64,000 nt of DNA. It comes from an uncultured Candidatus Rokubacteria bacterium. GTDB taxonomy: Bacteria > Methylomirabilota > Methylomirabilia > Rokubacteriales > CSP1-6. Shown one piece after another: positions 49,884 to 60,519 of this stretch. Position numbers and translations under genes: made by a program. The notes beneath the pieces were generated by a model. That model worked only from the letters and a program-made list of their open reading frames with translations, was not told where the DNA came from and searched no databases. How positions within the stretch are numbered: the stretch's first letter is position 1; each line of letters opens with the position of its first letter. The stretch is from contig CAVYTA010000005.1 in assembly GCA_963771355.1 (NCBI GenBank), positions 864,001 to 928,000 on the forward strand, written 5' to 3'.

Positions 49884-51203
49884 ATGCGGAACCGGATTTT
49901 GCTGATCTTCGCCCTGGCCGCCGTCATCGCCGTCGGCCCCCTGGCGGGCGTCTTGCTCGCCCAGGGCGGAAGCATCTTCATCCCGCTGCTCGTCTACCGC
50001 ACCGGTCCCTACGCGCCGAGCGGCATCCCCATCGCCAACGGCTTCGTCGACTACTTCACCCTCGTCAACGAGCGGGACGGCGGCATCAACGGGGTCAAGA
50101 TCGCCTGGGAGGAGTGCGAGACCCAGTACGACACCAAGCAGGGCGTTGAGTGCTACGAGCGCCTGAAGGGCAAGAGCCCCGTCCTGGTGAATCCGTACTC
50201 CACCGGCATCACCTATCAGCTCGTCCCCAAGGCCCCGGTGGACAAGGTGGTGGTCTTCTCCATGGGCTACGGCATGACCGCCGCCGCCGACGGCCGCTGG
50301 TTCCCCTGGGTGTTCGGCTTCCCCACCACGTACTGGAGCCAGGCCTCCGCGGTGATCCGCTATATCGGCACGCAGGAGGGCGGGCTCGACAAGCTGAAGG
50401 GGAAGAAGATCGCCCACATCTTCCACAACAGCCCCTACGGCAAGGAGGCGAACCCGACGCTGGAAGAGCTGGCGAAGAAGTACGGCTTCGAGCTCACCCA
50501 GCTCGCGGTGGACCATCCGGGCCAGGAGCAGAAGTCCACCTGGCTCCAGGTGCGCCGGCTCAATCCCGACTGGATCTTCATGTCCGGCTGGGGCGTGATG
50601 AACCAGGTGGCGGTGAAGGAAGCGGCCGCCATCGGCTTCAAGATGGATCGGTTCATCGGCAACTGGTGGTCAGCGAACGACTCCGACGTGGTCCCCGCCG
50701 GCGACGGCGCCAAGGGCTACAAGGGCGCCACCTTCCACGCCCCCGGCAGCAACTTCAAGGTGCATGCCGAGGTCGTGAAGCACGTCTACGACAAGGGGAA
50801 GGGCGCGGGCAAGAAGGAAGCCATGGGCGAGCCGCTCTACAACCGGGGCATCGTCAACGCGATGTTCGCGGCGGAAGCCATCCGCACCGCCATGGGGAAG
50901 CACGGCAACAAGGTGCTCACCGCGGAGCAGGTGCGCTGGGGCTTCGAGAACCTGAACCTCACCGAGCAGCGGCTGGACCAGCTGGGGATGAAGGGCTTCA
51001 CCCACCCGGTGAAGGTGACCTGCGAGGATCACGAGGGCAATGGCCCCGTCCTCATCCAGCAGTGGGACGGCAAGAAGTGGGCGCTGGTGTCCGACTGGGT
51101 GGCGCCGATGCGCGACGTGGTCCGGCCCAAGCTCGAGGAGGCAGCGATAGTCGAGGGCAAGAAGCTGAACTACACCATGCGGGACTGCGCGGCGGAGAAG
51201 TAG
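49884..51203 (+). CDS. ABC substrate-binding protein (Leu/Ile/Val-binding fold)
   Basis: YRTGPYAPSG, GGINGV, CEDHEG. Confidence 0.9.
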   Translation: MRNRILLIFALAAVIAVGPLAGVLLAQGGSIFIPLLVYRTGPYAPSGIPIANGFVDYFTLVNERDGGINGVKIAWEECETQYDTKQGVECYERLKGKSPVLVNPYSTGITYQLVPKAPVDKVVVFSMGYGMTAAADGRWFPWVFGFPTTYWSQASAVIRYIGTQEGGLDKLKGKKIAHIFHNSPYGKEANPTLEELAKKYGFELTQLAVDHPGQEQKSTWLQVRRLNPDWIFMSGWGVMNQVAVKEAAAIGFKMDRFIGNWWSANDSDVVPAGDGAKGYKGATFHAPGSNFKVHAEVVKHVYDKGKGAGKKEAMGEPLYNRGIVNAMFAAEAIRTAMGKHGNKVLTAEQVRWGFENLNLTEQRLDQLGMKGFTHPVKVTCEDHEGNGPVLIQQWDGKKWALVSDWVAPMRDVVRPKLEEAAIVEGKKLNYTMRDCAAEK

Positions 51204-51214
51204 GGGAGCCGCGT

Positions 51215-52048
51215 TTGAGCGTCGCCCGTCCCCTGGTGGAGAGAGCCCGGCCGCTGCTGGCGGTCAACAACATCGAGGTGATCTACGATCACGTCATCCT
51301 CGTGCTGAAGGGCGTCTCGCTGGAGGTTCCCGAGGAGGGCATCGTCGCCCTCCTCGGGGCCAACGGCGCGGGCAAGAGCACCACCCTCAAGGCGATCTCC
51401 GGGCTGCTCCGGACGGAGCGAGGCGAGGTCACGAAGGGCGGGATCGAGCTGGACGGTGAGGCCATCCATCGCCACGACCCCGCGGACGTCGTGCGCCGCG
51501 GGGTGGTCCAGGTGATGGAAGGCCGCCACGTGTTCGAGCATCTGAGCGTGGAAGAGAACCTGCTCGTGGGCGCCTATACCCGGCGCAACGGGCGGGAGGT
51601 GAAGCAGGCCCTCGATCGCGTGTATACCTATTTCCCACGGCTCGTCGCGCGGCGGGGCGTGAGCGCGGGGTATATCTCGGGAGGCGAGCAGCAGATGCTG
51701 GCCATCGGGCGCGCCCTCATGGCGCATCCCCGGCTCATGCTGCTGGACGAGCCGTCCATGGGGCTGGCCCCCATGCTGGTGGCCGAGATCTATGAGATCG
51801 TGGCGCGGCTGAACCGCGAAGAGCGGGTGGCGGTGCTCCTGGCGGAGCAGAATGCGTCGATGGCGCTCCGGGTGGCGCGCTACGCCTACGTGATGGAGAA
51901 CGGACGCGTCGTGCTGGACGGCGACCGCGGTACCATCAGCGAGAACGAGGACATCAAGGAGTTCTACTTGGGCCTTTCCGGGGTCGGCCAGCGTCGCAGC
52001 TACCGGGATGTGAAGTCCTACCGCCGGCGGAAGCGGTGGCTGTCATGA
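51215..52048 (+). CDS. ABC ATPase (LivF-like)
   Basis: GANGAGKS, SGGEQQMLA, YRRRKRWL. Confidence 0.92.
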   Translation: MSVARPLVERARPLLAVNNIEVIYDHVILVLKGVSLEVPEEGIVALLGANGAGKSTTLKAISGLLRTERGEVTKGGIELDGEAIHRHDPADVVRRGVVQVMEGRHVFEHLSVEENLLVGAYTRRNGREVKQALDRVYTYFPRLVARRGVSAGYISGGEQQMLAIGRALMAHPRLMLLDEPSMGLAPMLVAEIYEIVARLNREERVAVLLAEQNASMALRVARYAYVMENGRVVLDGDRGTISENEDIKEFYLGLSGVGQRRSYRDVKSYRRRKRWLS

Positions 52049-52833
52049 GCGCCCAGCTCGAGGTCCGCGACGTCTCCAAGTCGTTCGGCGGCGTGCAGGC
52101 CGTCACCACGGTGAGCCTCGATGTCCAGCAGGGCGAGCTGCTCTCCGTGATCGGCCCCAACGGGGCCGGGAAGACCTCGCTGCTCAACATGATCAGCGGC
52201 TTCTACCATCCCAACTCGGGCCGCATCGTGCTGGAGGGCACCGACGTCACCGACTTCGCGCCCTCCCGCATCGCCTCTCTCGGGGTGGCGCGGACCTTCC
52301 AGAACATCGCGCTGTTCCGGGGCATGACGGTGCTCGACAACCTCATGCTCGGCCGCCACGTCCACATGCGCTCCGGCGTGCTCGCCTCCTTCATCTACTG
52401 GGGCCTCGCCCAGAAGGAGGAGGTCGCGCACCGGCGCGCGGTGGAGGACATCATCGACTTCCTCAAGATCCAGGACCTGCGCCGGCGGCCCACCGGCTCC
52501 CTCCCCTACGGGCTCCAGAAGCGGGTGGAGCTGGGCCGGGCCCTCGCGCTGCAGCCCAAGGTGCTGTTGCTCGACGAGCCCATGGGCGGCATGAACCAGG
52601 AGGAGAAGGAAGATATGGCGCGCTTCATCCTCGACGTGAACGAGGAGTGGGGCACGACAGTTATCTTGATTGAGCACGACATGGGCGTGGTCATGGATAT
52701 CTCGGACCGGGTGGCCGTCCTCGACATGGGGCAGAAGATCGCCGACGGCACGCCGGACGAGGTCCGCGCCAACCCGCGCGTCATCAAGGCCTACCTCGGC
52801 GAGACCAAGGCGCCGCGCCCCGGAGGGCGCTGA
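52045..52833 (+). CDS. ABC ATPase (LivG-like, cassette 2)
   Basis: GPNGAGKT, LPYG, LLDEP. Confidence 0.92.
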   Translation: MSAQLEVRDVSKSFGGVQAVTTVSLDVQQGELLSVIGPNGAGKTSLLNMISGFYHPNSGRIVLEGTDVTDFAPSRIASLGVARTFQNIALFRGMTVLDNLMLGRHVHMRSGVLASFIYWGLAQKEEVAHRRAVEDIIDFLKIQDLRRRPTGSLPYGLQKRVELGRALALQPKVLLLDEPMGGMNQEEKEDMARFILDVNEEWGTTVILIEHDMGVVMDISDRVAVLDMGQKIADGTPDEVRANPRVIKAYLGETKAPRPGGR

Positions 52834-52834
52834 C

Positions 52835-54754
52835 ATGGCCGACTTCCCATCCACCCTGCCGCGCCTCATGCAGCGCAATGCCCGCGAGCTCGCCGACCGC
52901 CCGGCCCTGCGCGAGAAGGATCGGGGCATCTGGCAGACGTACCGCTGGCGCGACTACCACGATCAGGTGCGTGACCTCGCCCTCGGCCTGGCCGCCCTCG
53001 GCTTCGCGCGCGGCGACGCGCTCAGCGTGATCGGCGACAACCGGCCCCGGCTGTACTGGGCGCAGATGGCGGCCATGAGCCTCGGGGGCCGCTCCGTGCC
53101 TGTCTACCAGGATGCCATCGCGAAGGAGCTGGCCTTCGTCCTCGATCACGCCGAGGTCACGGTGGTGGTGGCCGAGGACCAGGAGCAGGTGGACAAGATC
53201 CTCGCCCTCAAGGATCGGCTGCCGAAGCTCCGGCTCATGGTCTACGACGATCCGCGGGGGATGGTCCACTACAAGGCGGACTGGGTGAAGTCGTTCGCGG
53301 AGGTGCAGGCCCTGGGTCGGGAGCGTGTGGCCCGTGAGCCGGCCGCCTTCGAAGCCGAGGTGGAGCGCGGTCGGCCGGAGGATGTGGCCCTGATCTGCTA
53401 CACCTCGGGCACCACCGGCAACCCCAAGGGCGCCATGCTCACCCACGCCAACGTGATCGCCGTCGCGCGCTCGTTCGTGAGCGTGGAGAAGATCATCGCC
53501 TCCGACGACTATCTCGCCTATCTGCCCATGGCCTGGGTGGGGGACGCCCTGTACAGCATGGTGCTGAGCCTGGTGGTGGGCTTTTGCATGAACTGTCCGG
53601 AAAGCCCGGAAACGGTGCAGCGCGACCTGCGCGAGCTCGGGCCCACCGCGCTCCTGGCCCCGCCGCGCATCTGGGAGAACATGCTGACGGCGGTCCAGGT
53701 TCGCGCCGCCGACGCCACTCCGCTCAAGCGGCGCGTGTTCGACTACTTCCGACGGGTTGCGGAGGCGGCGGAGATTATTCGGGCCGAGGGCAAGCCGCTG
53801 CCGCTCGGGCTCCGGCTCAAGCACGCGCTCGGCGAGTTCTTCGTCTACCGGCCGGTGCGCGACCAGCTCGGCCTTCTCCGGGCCCGGTGGTGCCTCACCG
53901 GCGGGGCGCCGCTCGGGCCGGATACCTTCCGCTTCTTCCGGGCCTTCGGCGTGAACCTCAAGCAGATCTATGGCTCCACCGAGACCACCGGATTGGCCTC
54001 GCTGCAACCGGATGGGGAAGCCGATCCCAATACCGCGGGTCGGCCCTGCCCCGGGATCGAGGTCCGCATCGGGGACCGGGGCGAGGTGCTCGTCAAGAGC
54101 CCGGGGATCTTCAAGGGGTACTTCAAGGCGGAAGAAGCCACCCACGAGGTCATCGATCGTGAGGGCTGGTTCCACACCGGCGACGCCGGCTTCATCGACC
54201 CGCGCGGCCACCTCGTCATCATCGATCGCGCCAAGGATGTCGGGGCCATGCAGGACGGTACCCCCTTCGCCCCGCAGTTCATCGAGAACAAGCTCAAGTA
54301 CAGCCCGTTCATCCGCGAGGCGGTGTGTTTCGGCAACGAGCGGCCCTACGTCGTCGCCATGGTCGCCATCGACATGAACACGGCTGGGAACTGGGCAGAG
54401 CGGCGGGGGCTCCCTTACACGAGCTACATGGACCTTGCCCAGAAGGCGGAGGTCCGGCGCCTTCTCGTGGAAGAGATCGCCAAGGCCAACGCCACGCTGC
54501 CGGAGTCCACTCGCATCCGCCGCCTGCTCCTCCTCACCAAGGACCTCGAGGCCGACGACGCCGAGATGACCCGGACCCGAAAAGTCCGCCGGCGGTTCGT
54601 GGCCGAGAAGTACGCGCCGGTGATCGAGGCCTTTTACGGCGGCGCGGGCGAGGTGGAGCTATCGACGAGCATCACCTACGAGGACGGCCGGCAGGCTGTC
54701 GTTCGATCGCGCGTCCACATCGAGGACGTGGAGAGAGAGCCCGCCCATGTCTGA
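52835..54754 (+). CDS. Long-chain acyl-CoA ligase (cassette 2)
   Basis: YTSGTTGNPKG, YGSTE, TGDAG. Confidence 0.9.
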   Translation: MADFPSTLPRLMQRNARELADRPALREKDRGIWQTYRWRDYHDQVRDLALGLAALGFARGDALSVIGDNRPRLYWAQMAAMSLGGRSVPVYQDAIAKELAFVLDHAEVTVVVAEDQEQVDKILALKDRLPKLRLMVYDDPRGMVHYKADWVKSFAEVQALGRERVAREPAAFEAEVERGRPEDVALICYTSGTTGNPKGAMLTHANVIAVARSFVSVEKIIASDDYLAYLPMAWVGDALYSMVLSLVVGFCMNCPESPETVQRDLRELGPTALLAPPRIWENMLTAVQVRAADATPLKRRVFDYFRRVAEAAEIIRAEGKPLPLGLRLKHALGEFFVYRPVRDQLGLLRARWCLTGGAPLGPDTFRFFRAFGVNLKQIYGSTETTGLASLQPDGEADPNTAGRPCPGIEVRIGDRGEVLVKSPGIFKGYFKAEEATHEVIDREGWFHTGDAGFIDPRGHLVIIDRAKDVGAMQDGTPFAPQFIENKLKYSPFIREAVCFGNERPYVVAMVAIDMNTAGNWAERRGLPYTSYMDLAQKAEVRRLLVEEIAKANATLPESTRIRRLLLLTKDLEADDAEMTRTRKVRRRFVAEKYAPVIEAFYGGAGEVELSTSITYEDGRQAVVRSRVHIEDVEREPAHV

Positions 54755-55643
54755 CGCGCTCGCCTTCTTCTTTCTGCTCATGTCCAACGGCGTGATGATC
54801 GGCCTGATGTACTCGCTGGTCGCGCTGGGCTTCGTCCTCGTCTACAAGGCCACCGACGCGGTCAACTTCGCCCAGGGCGAGTTCGTCATGATCGCGGCTC
54901 TCGCCGTCGCCCTGAGCATGCTCGCCGCCGGGGCGCCCCTCTGGGTGGCGGTCATCGTCGGGATCGCGGGGATGATCGCCTTCGGCTTCGCGCTGGAGCG
55001 GGTCGTCCTCCGCAAGCTCATCGGGCGCCCGGTGATTGCCGTGGTCATGGCCACCATTGGCCTGGCCGCCATCCTACGTGGCGTCGGGCCCACCTTCTTC
55101 GGAGCGGGCACCAAGAACCTGCCGCTCCCCATCAGCGACGAGCCTTTCATGCTCGGCCCGCTCTTCATCCCGCCCATCCAGGTGCTCGGCGCCGCGGTCA
55201 GCGTGATTTTCATCGGCGGCTTCGGCTGGTTCTTCCTCAAGTCCCGCAAGGGGATCGCGATGCGCGCGGTGGCCGACAACCAGCAGGTGGCCATGGCGAT
55301 GGGCATCAACGTCCAGCGCTACTTCGGCCTCGCCTGGGCCATGACGGGGATCGTCTCGGCGCTGGGCGGCATCATCTGGGGCAACATGCTCGGGGTCGAC
55401 GTGAACCTCTCGCTCGTCGGCTTCAAGGTGTTCCCGGTGGTGATCCTGGGCGGACTCGACTCCATCCCGGGCGCCATCGTCGGAGGGCTCATCGTGGGCC
55501 TCGTGGAGAACGTGGCCGCCGGCTACGTGGACCCCTACGTGGGCGGGGGCACCAAGGACTTCGCGCCGTACGTGCTGATGATCCTCGCCCTCATGATCCG
55601 GCCCTACGGCATCTTCGGCAAGCGCATCATCGAGAGGATATAG
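54747..55643 (+). CDS. ABC permease (LivH-like)
   Basis: NFAQGE, RPYGIFG. Confidence 0.92.
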   Translation: MSDALAFFFLLMSNGVMIGLMYSLVALGFVLVYKATDAVNFAQGEFVMIAALAVALSMLAAGAPLWVAVIVGIAGMIAFGFALERVVLRKLIGRPVIAVVMATIGLAAILRGVGPTFFGAGTKNLPLPISDEPFMLGPLFIPPIQVLGAAVSVIFIGGFGWFFLKSRKGIAMRAVADNQQVAMAMGINVQRYFGLAWAMTGIVSALGGIIWGNMLGVDVNLSLVGFKVFPVVILGGLDSIPGAIVGGLIVGLVENVAAGYVDPYVGGGTKDFAPYVLMILALMIRPYGIFGKRIIERI

Positions 55644-55765
55644 AGCGATGATAAGAGCCCATCTGCTTCGTTGGCGCCCTCGGCCACACGCTCAACGTAC
55701 CAGGGGTACGCCTCGCGTGCGGCCGTCGGGCGCCGCCTCGCATCTGGGCCCTTCTCATCGCTCTA
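55641..55765. repeat. 125-bp palindromic MITE/REP-like element
   Basis: Terminal IR TAGAGCGATGAtAAGaGCCCA / TGGGCcCTTcTCATCGCTCTA with nested inner stems. Confidence 0.8.
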
Positions 55766-55796
55766 CAGGGGCCCGGCTGGTGGGGGGAGGCGGCGC

Positions 55797-56864
55797 GTGA
55801 TCCATCGCGAGTGCGGCGTCCTCAAGACCAGCTACGAGGCGGACATGGCGCTGTACCCCCTGCCCATCGCGCGGTGGACGGTGGGGGTCCTCGCGGTGCT
55901 GTTCTTCGCCGTCCTCCCCTTGACGCTCCACGAGTACTACCTCTCGATCGGCAACCTCGTCTGGATCGCGGTCATCGGCGCGCTGGGCCTCAACATCCTC
56001 GTGGGCTATACCGGGCAAGTCTCCATCGGCCACGGGGCCTTCATGTCGGTGGGCGCCTACACCGCCGCCAACCTGGCCACGCGGCTCGACTCGCCGTGGC
56101 CGGTGAACATCCTCGCGGGCGGCCTCATGGCGGCGGCGGTGGGGGCGGTGGTGGGCATTCCCTCCCTGCGCATCAAGGGGCTCTACCTGGCCATCGCGAC
56201 GCTGGCCGGTCAGCTCATCATCGAGTGGATCATCAACCACGTGACCTTCATCAGCGGGGGGGTGCAGGCCTCCATCGAGGTGCCGCGCCCGCGTCTGGGC
56301 ACCATCCCGCTCGCCAGCCAGCGTCAGCTGTACTTCTTCCTCCTGGCCTTCGTGGTGCTCGCCATCATCGCCACCCTCAATCTCGTGCGCAGCCGGGTGG
56401 GACGGGCCTTCATCGCCATCCGCGATCAGGACATCGCCGCGGAGATCATCGGCATCGACATCTTTCGCTACAAGCTCCTCGCCTTCGCGATCTCGTCGTT
56501 CTATGCCGGCGTCACCGGCGTGCTCTACACCTACTTCCTCGGCATCGCCAACTACGAGCAGTTCCAGATCAACGTGTCCATCGACTACCTCGCCATGATC
56601 ATCGTGGGAGGGCTGGGTTCGATTCTGGGCTCGGTCCTCGGCGCCATGTTCATCACCCTGCTCCCCATCGTCATCCGTCTGAGCATGGAGGCCTTCGGGG
56701 GCATGTTCCTCGAGCCCCAGACCGTGCTGAACCTCATCCCCAACCTGCGTCTCATGATGTTCGGCGCCCTCATCATCTTCTTTCTCGTCGTCGAGCCGGA
56801 AGGGTTGAATCGGCTCTGGCGGAACATCCGGAACTATTTCCGGATCTGGCCATTCGCGTACTGA
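55797..56864 (+). CDS. ABC permease (LivM-like)
   Basis: GYTGQVSIGH, GRAFIAIRD. Confidence 0.92.
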   Translation: MIHRECGVLKTSYEADMALYPLPIARWTVGVLAVLFFAVLPLTLHEYYLSIGNLVWIAVIGALGLNILVGYTGQVSIGHGAFMSVGAYTAANLATRLDSPWPVNILAGGLMAAAVGAVVGIPSLRIKGLYLAIATLAGQLIIEWIINHVTFISGGVQASIEVPRPRLGTIPLASQRQLYFFLLAFVVLAIIATLNLVRSRVGRAFIAIRDQDIAAEIIGIDIFRYKLLAFAISSFYAGVTGVLYTYFLGIANYEQFQINVSIDYLAMIIVGGLGSILGSVLGAMFITLLPIVIRLSMEAFGGMFLEPQTVLNLIPNLRLMMFGALIIFFLVVEPEGLNRLWRNIRNYFRIWPFAY

Positions 56865-56889
56865 GGTACGCGAGGAAAGGAGAACTATC

Positions 56890-58135
56890 ATGCGACTTCG
56901 ACTGATCGTTCTGCTGGTTTTGATTGGCGTGACGGGGCTGCTCGCGGGGCCGTCGCCGGTGGCGGCGAGCCACGAGATCGTGATCGGCATGCAATGCGAT
57001 CGCACGGGGGCGACCCAGATCGTGGGTACCGTCCTCTGCCCGGGCAAGCACGACTACATCGCTCTCGTGAACAGCAAGGGCGGCGTGGAGGGCCACAAGA
57101 TCAAGGCCCTCGAGGTCGATCACGAGTACAAGGTGCCGCCGGGGGTGGAGTCCTACGAGCGCCACAAGAAGGAAGGCGCGGTGTCCATCGACGTCTACGG
57201 CACCCCGCACATCTATGCGCTCGCCGCCAAGCTGACGGAGGATCGCATCCCGGGCACCTCCCCGGGCTTCGGCAGCGCCGCCGCCGCCGACGGCATCCGG
57301 TACCCTTACATCTTCCCCATCGCCGCCACCTACTGGTCGCAGGGCACCGCGTCGGTGGACTTCGCGAAGAAGCAGCTGGGCGGCAGTCTCAAGGGAAAGA
57401 AGATCGCGTACATCTTCTATGACAACCCCGCCGGGCGCGAGCCGATCGAGGTGCTCGAGGACCTCGCGACCCTCGAGGGCTTCCAGCTCAGGGACGTTCG
57501 CGGTGCCGCCTCCCGGCGTGGAGATGGGCGCCCAGGTGCTCGACATCGCGCAGCGGTTCCGCGCCGACTTCGTGATCGCCCATCTGTTCGGCGGCGCGCC
57601 CGCGGTGTCGATCAAGGAGCTCAAGCGCGTGGGGTATCCGCTGCGCAAGGTCATCGCGTTCGTGTGGGGCTCGGCGGAGGCCAATATCGAGGCGGCGGGC
57701 GGCTTCGCCGTCGCCGAGGGCTACTACACCATGCAGTTCGCCGGCGTGGGCCAGGACTACCCGGTGCTGAACGAGATCCGCGAGATGTACAAGAAGCAGG
57801 GGAAGCCGGCGCCGAAGGAGATGGCGTCCACCGTCTTCTACAACCGCGGCGTCCTCATCGCGGCGGTCCACGTGGAGGCGATCCGCCACGCCCTCAAGGC
57901 CAAGCCGGACGGGAAGATCACCGGAGTGGACGTGAAGGCGGGCTTCGAGAAGATCTCCAACTTCACCCTGGGCGGACTGGTGCCGCCGCTCAAGATCACG
58001 CCGACCGACCACGAGGGCGGCGGGCTCGTCCAGATCTGGCAGGTGAAGGGCGGCAAGTTCGAGAAGACCACGGAGTGGTTCTCGGCGTATCCCGACGTGT
58101 TGGCCAAGCACATCAAGGCCGCGGGCTCGAAGTAG
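56890..58135 (+). CDS. ABC substrate-binding protein, single frameshift near 57490
   Basis: N-half in the 56890 frame, C-half in ORF 57419-58135 (DHEGGG). Confidence 0.85.
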
Positions 58136-58159
58136 CCGCGCGGAGAACGGAGATGCGCG

Positions 58160-58183
58160 GGAGGGGGCTCCGACGCCCCCTCC
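58160..58183. repeat. Short REP-like hairpin after the SBP gene
   Basis: GGAGGGGGC-TCCGAC-GCCCCCTCC. Confidence 0.55.
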
Positions 58184-58197
58184 GACGCGACATCGCG

Positions 58198-58992
58198 ATG
58201 CTGAGTCTCAACAACGTCGAGGTCATCTACGACAGTGTCATCCTCGTCCTCAAGGGGGTGTCCATCGCCTGCGAGGACGGGCGCATCACCACCCTGCTCG
58301 GGGCCAATGGGGCGGGAAAGACGACCACCCTCAAGGCCATCTCCGGGGTGCTGCGCACCGAGCGGGGCGAGGTGACCAAGGGCTCGGTCGAGCTCAACGG
58401 ACAGCGCATCGACCGGTTGCCGCCCTACGACGTGGTTCGGCGCGGTGTGGTCCAGGTCTTCGAGGGCCGCCGCGTGTTCGAGCACCTCACCACCGAGGAG
58501 AATCTCGTGGCGGGCGCCCACACCCAGCCCGACCGCGTCAAGGTCGCCGCGGGCATCGAGCGCGTGTACCAGTACTTCCCGCGGCTGAAGGAGCGGCGCC
58601 ACGTCCAGTCGGGATACCTTTCGGGGGGCGAGCAGCAGATGCTCGTCATCGGGCGCGCCCTGATGTCGACGCCCAAGGTCATGCTCCTCGACGAGCCCTC
58701 GCTCGGGCTGGCGCCGATGCTCGTCGAAGAGATATTCGCGATCGTCCAGCGCCTCAACCAGCAGGAGAAGCTCACCGTGCTGCTCGTCGAGCAGAATGCC
58801 ACCATGGCGCTCAGCATCGCCGACCACGGCTACGTCATGGAGAACGGCCGGATCGTGCTGGAGGGCACGGGCGACTCGCTCCGCGAGAACCCGGACATCA
58901 AGGAGTTCTATCTCGGCCTCACCGAGGTGGGCGCGCGGAAGTCGTACCGCGACGTCAAGCACTACAAGCGCCGCAAGCGCTGGCTGAGCTAG
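58198..58992 (+). CDS. ABC ATPase (LivF-like)
   Basis: GANGAGKT, SGGEQQMLV. Confidence 0.92.
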   Translation: MLSLNNVEVIYDSVILVLKGVSIACEDGRITTLLGANGAGKTTTLKAISGVLRTERGEVTKGSVELNGQRIDRLPPYDVVRRGVVQVFEGRRVFEHLTTEENLVAGAHTQPDRVKVAAGIERVYQYFPRLKERRHVQSGYLSGGEQQMLVIGRALMSTPKVMLLDEPSLGLAPMLVEEIFAIVQRLNQQEKLTVLLVEQNATMALSIADHGYVMENGRIVLEGTGDSLRENPDIKEFYLGLTEVGARKSYRDVKHYKRRKRWLS

Positions 58993-58995
58993 CCC

Positions 58996-60519
58996 GTGGC
59001 CGCGCAGGACCTCACCGTCTACGACATCTTCGCGCGCGGCGCCGCCTTGTACGGCGCGGCGCCCGCGGTGTTCCAGGGTGAGAGGGAGCTGACGTTCGAC
59101 GCGCTCCGGCGGCGCGTGGATGCCCTCGCGGGCGGGCTGGCCGCCCAGGGGCTGGTCAAGGGCGACCGGATCTGCGTGCTGGCCCAGAACGACCTCGCCT
59201 ACCTCGAGCTCTACGGCGCCTGCGCGCGGCAGGGCATCATCGCCTATCCCATCAACTGGCGGCTCACCGGCGAGGAAGTGGAGCGCGTGCTGGAGCGCGC
59301 CGCGCCGAGGATGATGGTGGTGGATGCCTCCACCCTGAGCGTGGTGGGGGCGTGGCCCGGCACGAAGCCGGCCATCCCGCACTGGTATCAGCTCGGCGAG
59401 ACGCCGGCCGCCGGCTTCAAGGCCTTCGCCGCGCTGTACCGGGAGGGCCCCGCGCCCGAGCCGGCGGCGGTGGGTGACGACGACGTGTTCGCGGTGATCT
59501 CCACCGCGGCGATGGACTTGACCCCGCGCGGGGCCGCGCTCACCCACGCCAACGTCATCGCGGCCAACCTCACCATCATGGCCGCCAGTGGCCTCGGTCC
59601 GTCGGACCGCTATCTGGTGGCCTTGCCGCTCTTCCACATCACGGCGCTGGGCTGGGCCCTGGCCGTGCTCCACGCGGGCGGCGCCAGCGTGGTGATGACG
59701 CGCTTCGACGGGGACGAGGCGGTGCGGCTCATCGATCGCCATCGGGTCACCCATCTCTCCGATTTTCCGCCCGTGCTCGCCACCGTGCTCGATGCCGCCG
59801 AGAAGCAGGGGAGCCGGCTGGCAAGCCTCACGCACGTCTCGGGTCTCGACGCCCCCCCGACCATCCAGCGGCTGCACGAGAAGACGGGCGCGAAGTTCTG
59901 GACCGGCTTCGGGCAATCGGAGACCAGCGGGTTCGTGTCCATCGTCCGCGTGCTCGACAAGCCGGGCTCGGCGGGGAAGCCGGTGCCGGCGGCCCAGGTG
60001 CGCCTGGTCGACGACTACGACCGCGAGGTGCCGGTGGGGACCCCGGGAGAGATCACCGTGCGGGGCCCGCTCGTCTTCCAGGGCTACTACGCGCAGCCCG
60101 ACGTCACCGCCTACACGCTCCGGAACGGCTGGCATCACACGGGCGACGTGGGGCGCTTCGACGCCGACGGGTATCTCTATTACGTCAAGCGGAAGCCGGA
60201 GAAGGAGCTGATCAAGCCGGGCGGCGAGAACGTCTATCCGGCCGAGGTGGAGACGGTGATCATGGAGATGGCGGGGGTGAGCGGGGTGTGCGTCTACGGC
60301 ATCCCCGACCCGCGCTGGGGCGAGGCGGTCAAGGCGGTGGTGGAGGTGAAAGCGCCGGCTACCTACACCGGCCCGGCGGTGACGGACTTCGTGGGGTCCC
60401 GGATCGCCCGCTTCAAGCGGCCGCACGTGGTGGTGTTCACCGACGCGCTGCCGCGCAATGCCGAGGGCGCGGTGGATCGGGACGCGGTCAAGGCCAAGTG
60501 GGGAGAGGGCGCAGCGTGA
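58996..60519 (+). CDS. Acyl-CoA ligase-like protein with a degenerate P-loop
   Basis: FGQSET, WHHTGD, IKPGGENVYP; P-loop region reads ISTAAMDLTPRGA. Confidence 0.85.
   Translation: MAAQDLTVYDIFARGAALYGAAPAVFQGERELTFDALRRRVDALAGGLAAQGLVKGDRICVLAQNDLAYLELYGACARQGIIAYPINWRLTGEEVERVLERAAPRMMVVDASTLSVVGAWPGTKPAIPHWYQLGETPAAGFKAFAALYREGPAPEPAAVGDDDVFAVISTAAMDLTPRGAALTHANVIAANLTIMAASGLGPSDRYLVALPLFHITALGWALAVLHAGGASVVMTRFDGDEAVRLIDRHRVTHLSDFPPVLATVLDAAEKQGSRLASLTHVSGLDAPPTIQRLHEKTGAKFWTGFGQSETSGFVSIVRVLDKPGSAGKPVPAAQVRLVDDYDREVPVGTPGEITVRGPLVFQGYYAQPDVTAYTLRNGWHHTGDVGRFDADGYLYYVKRKPEKELIKPGGENVYPAEVETVIMEMAGVSGVCVYGIPDPRWGEAVKAVVEVKAPATYTGPAVTDFVGSRIARFKRPHVVVFTDALPRNAEGAVDRDAVKAKWGEGAA

Noticed and set aside
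56890..58992. 700-aa SBP-ATPase fusion
   Set aside because: Artefact of a single frameshift near 57490; the SBP C-half and LivF are separate genes
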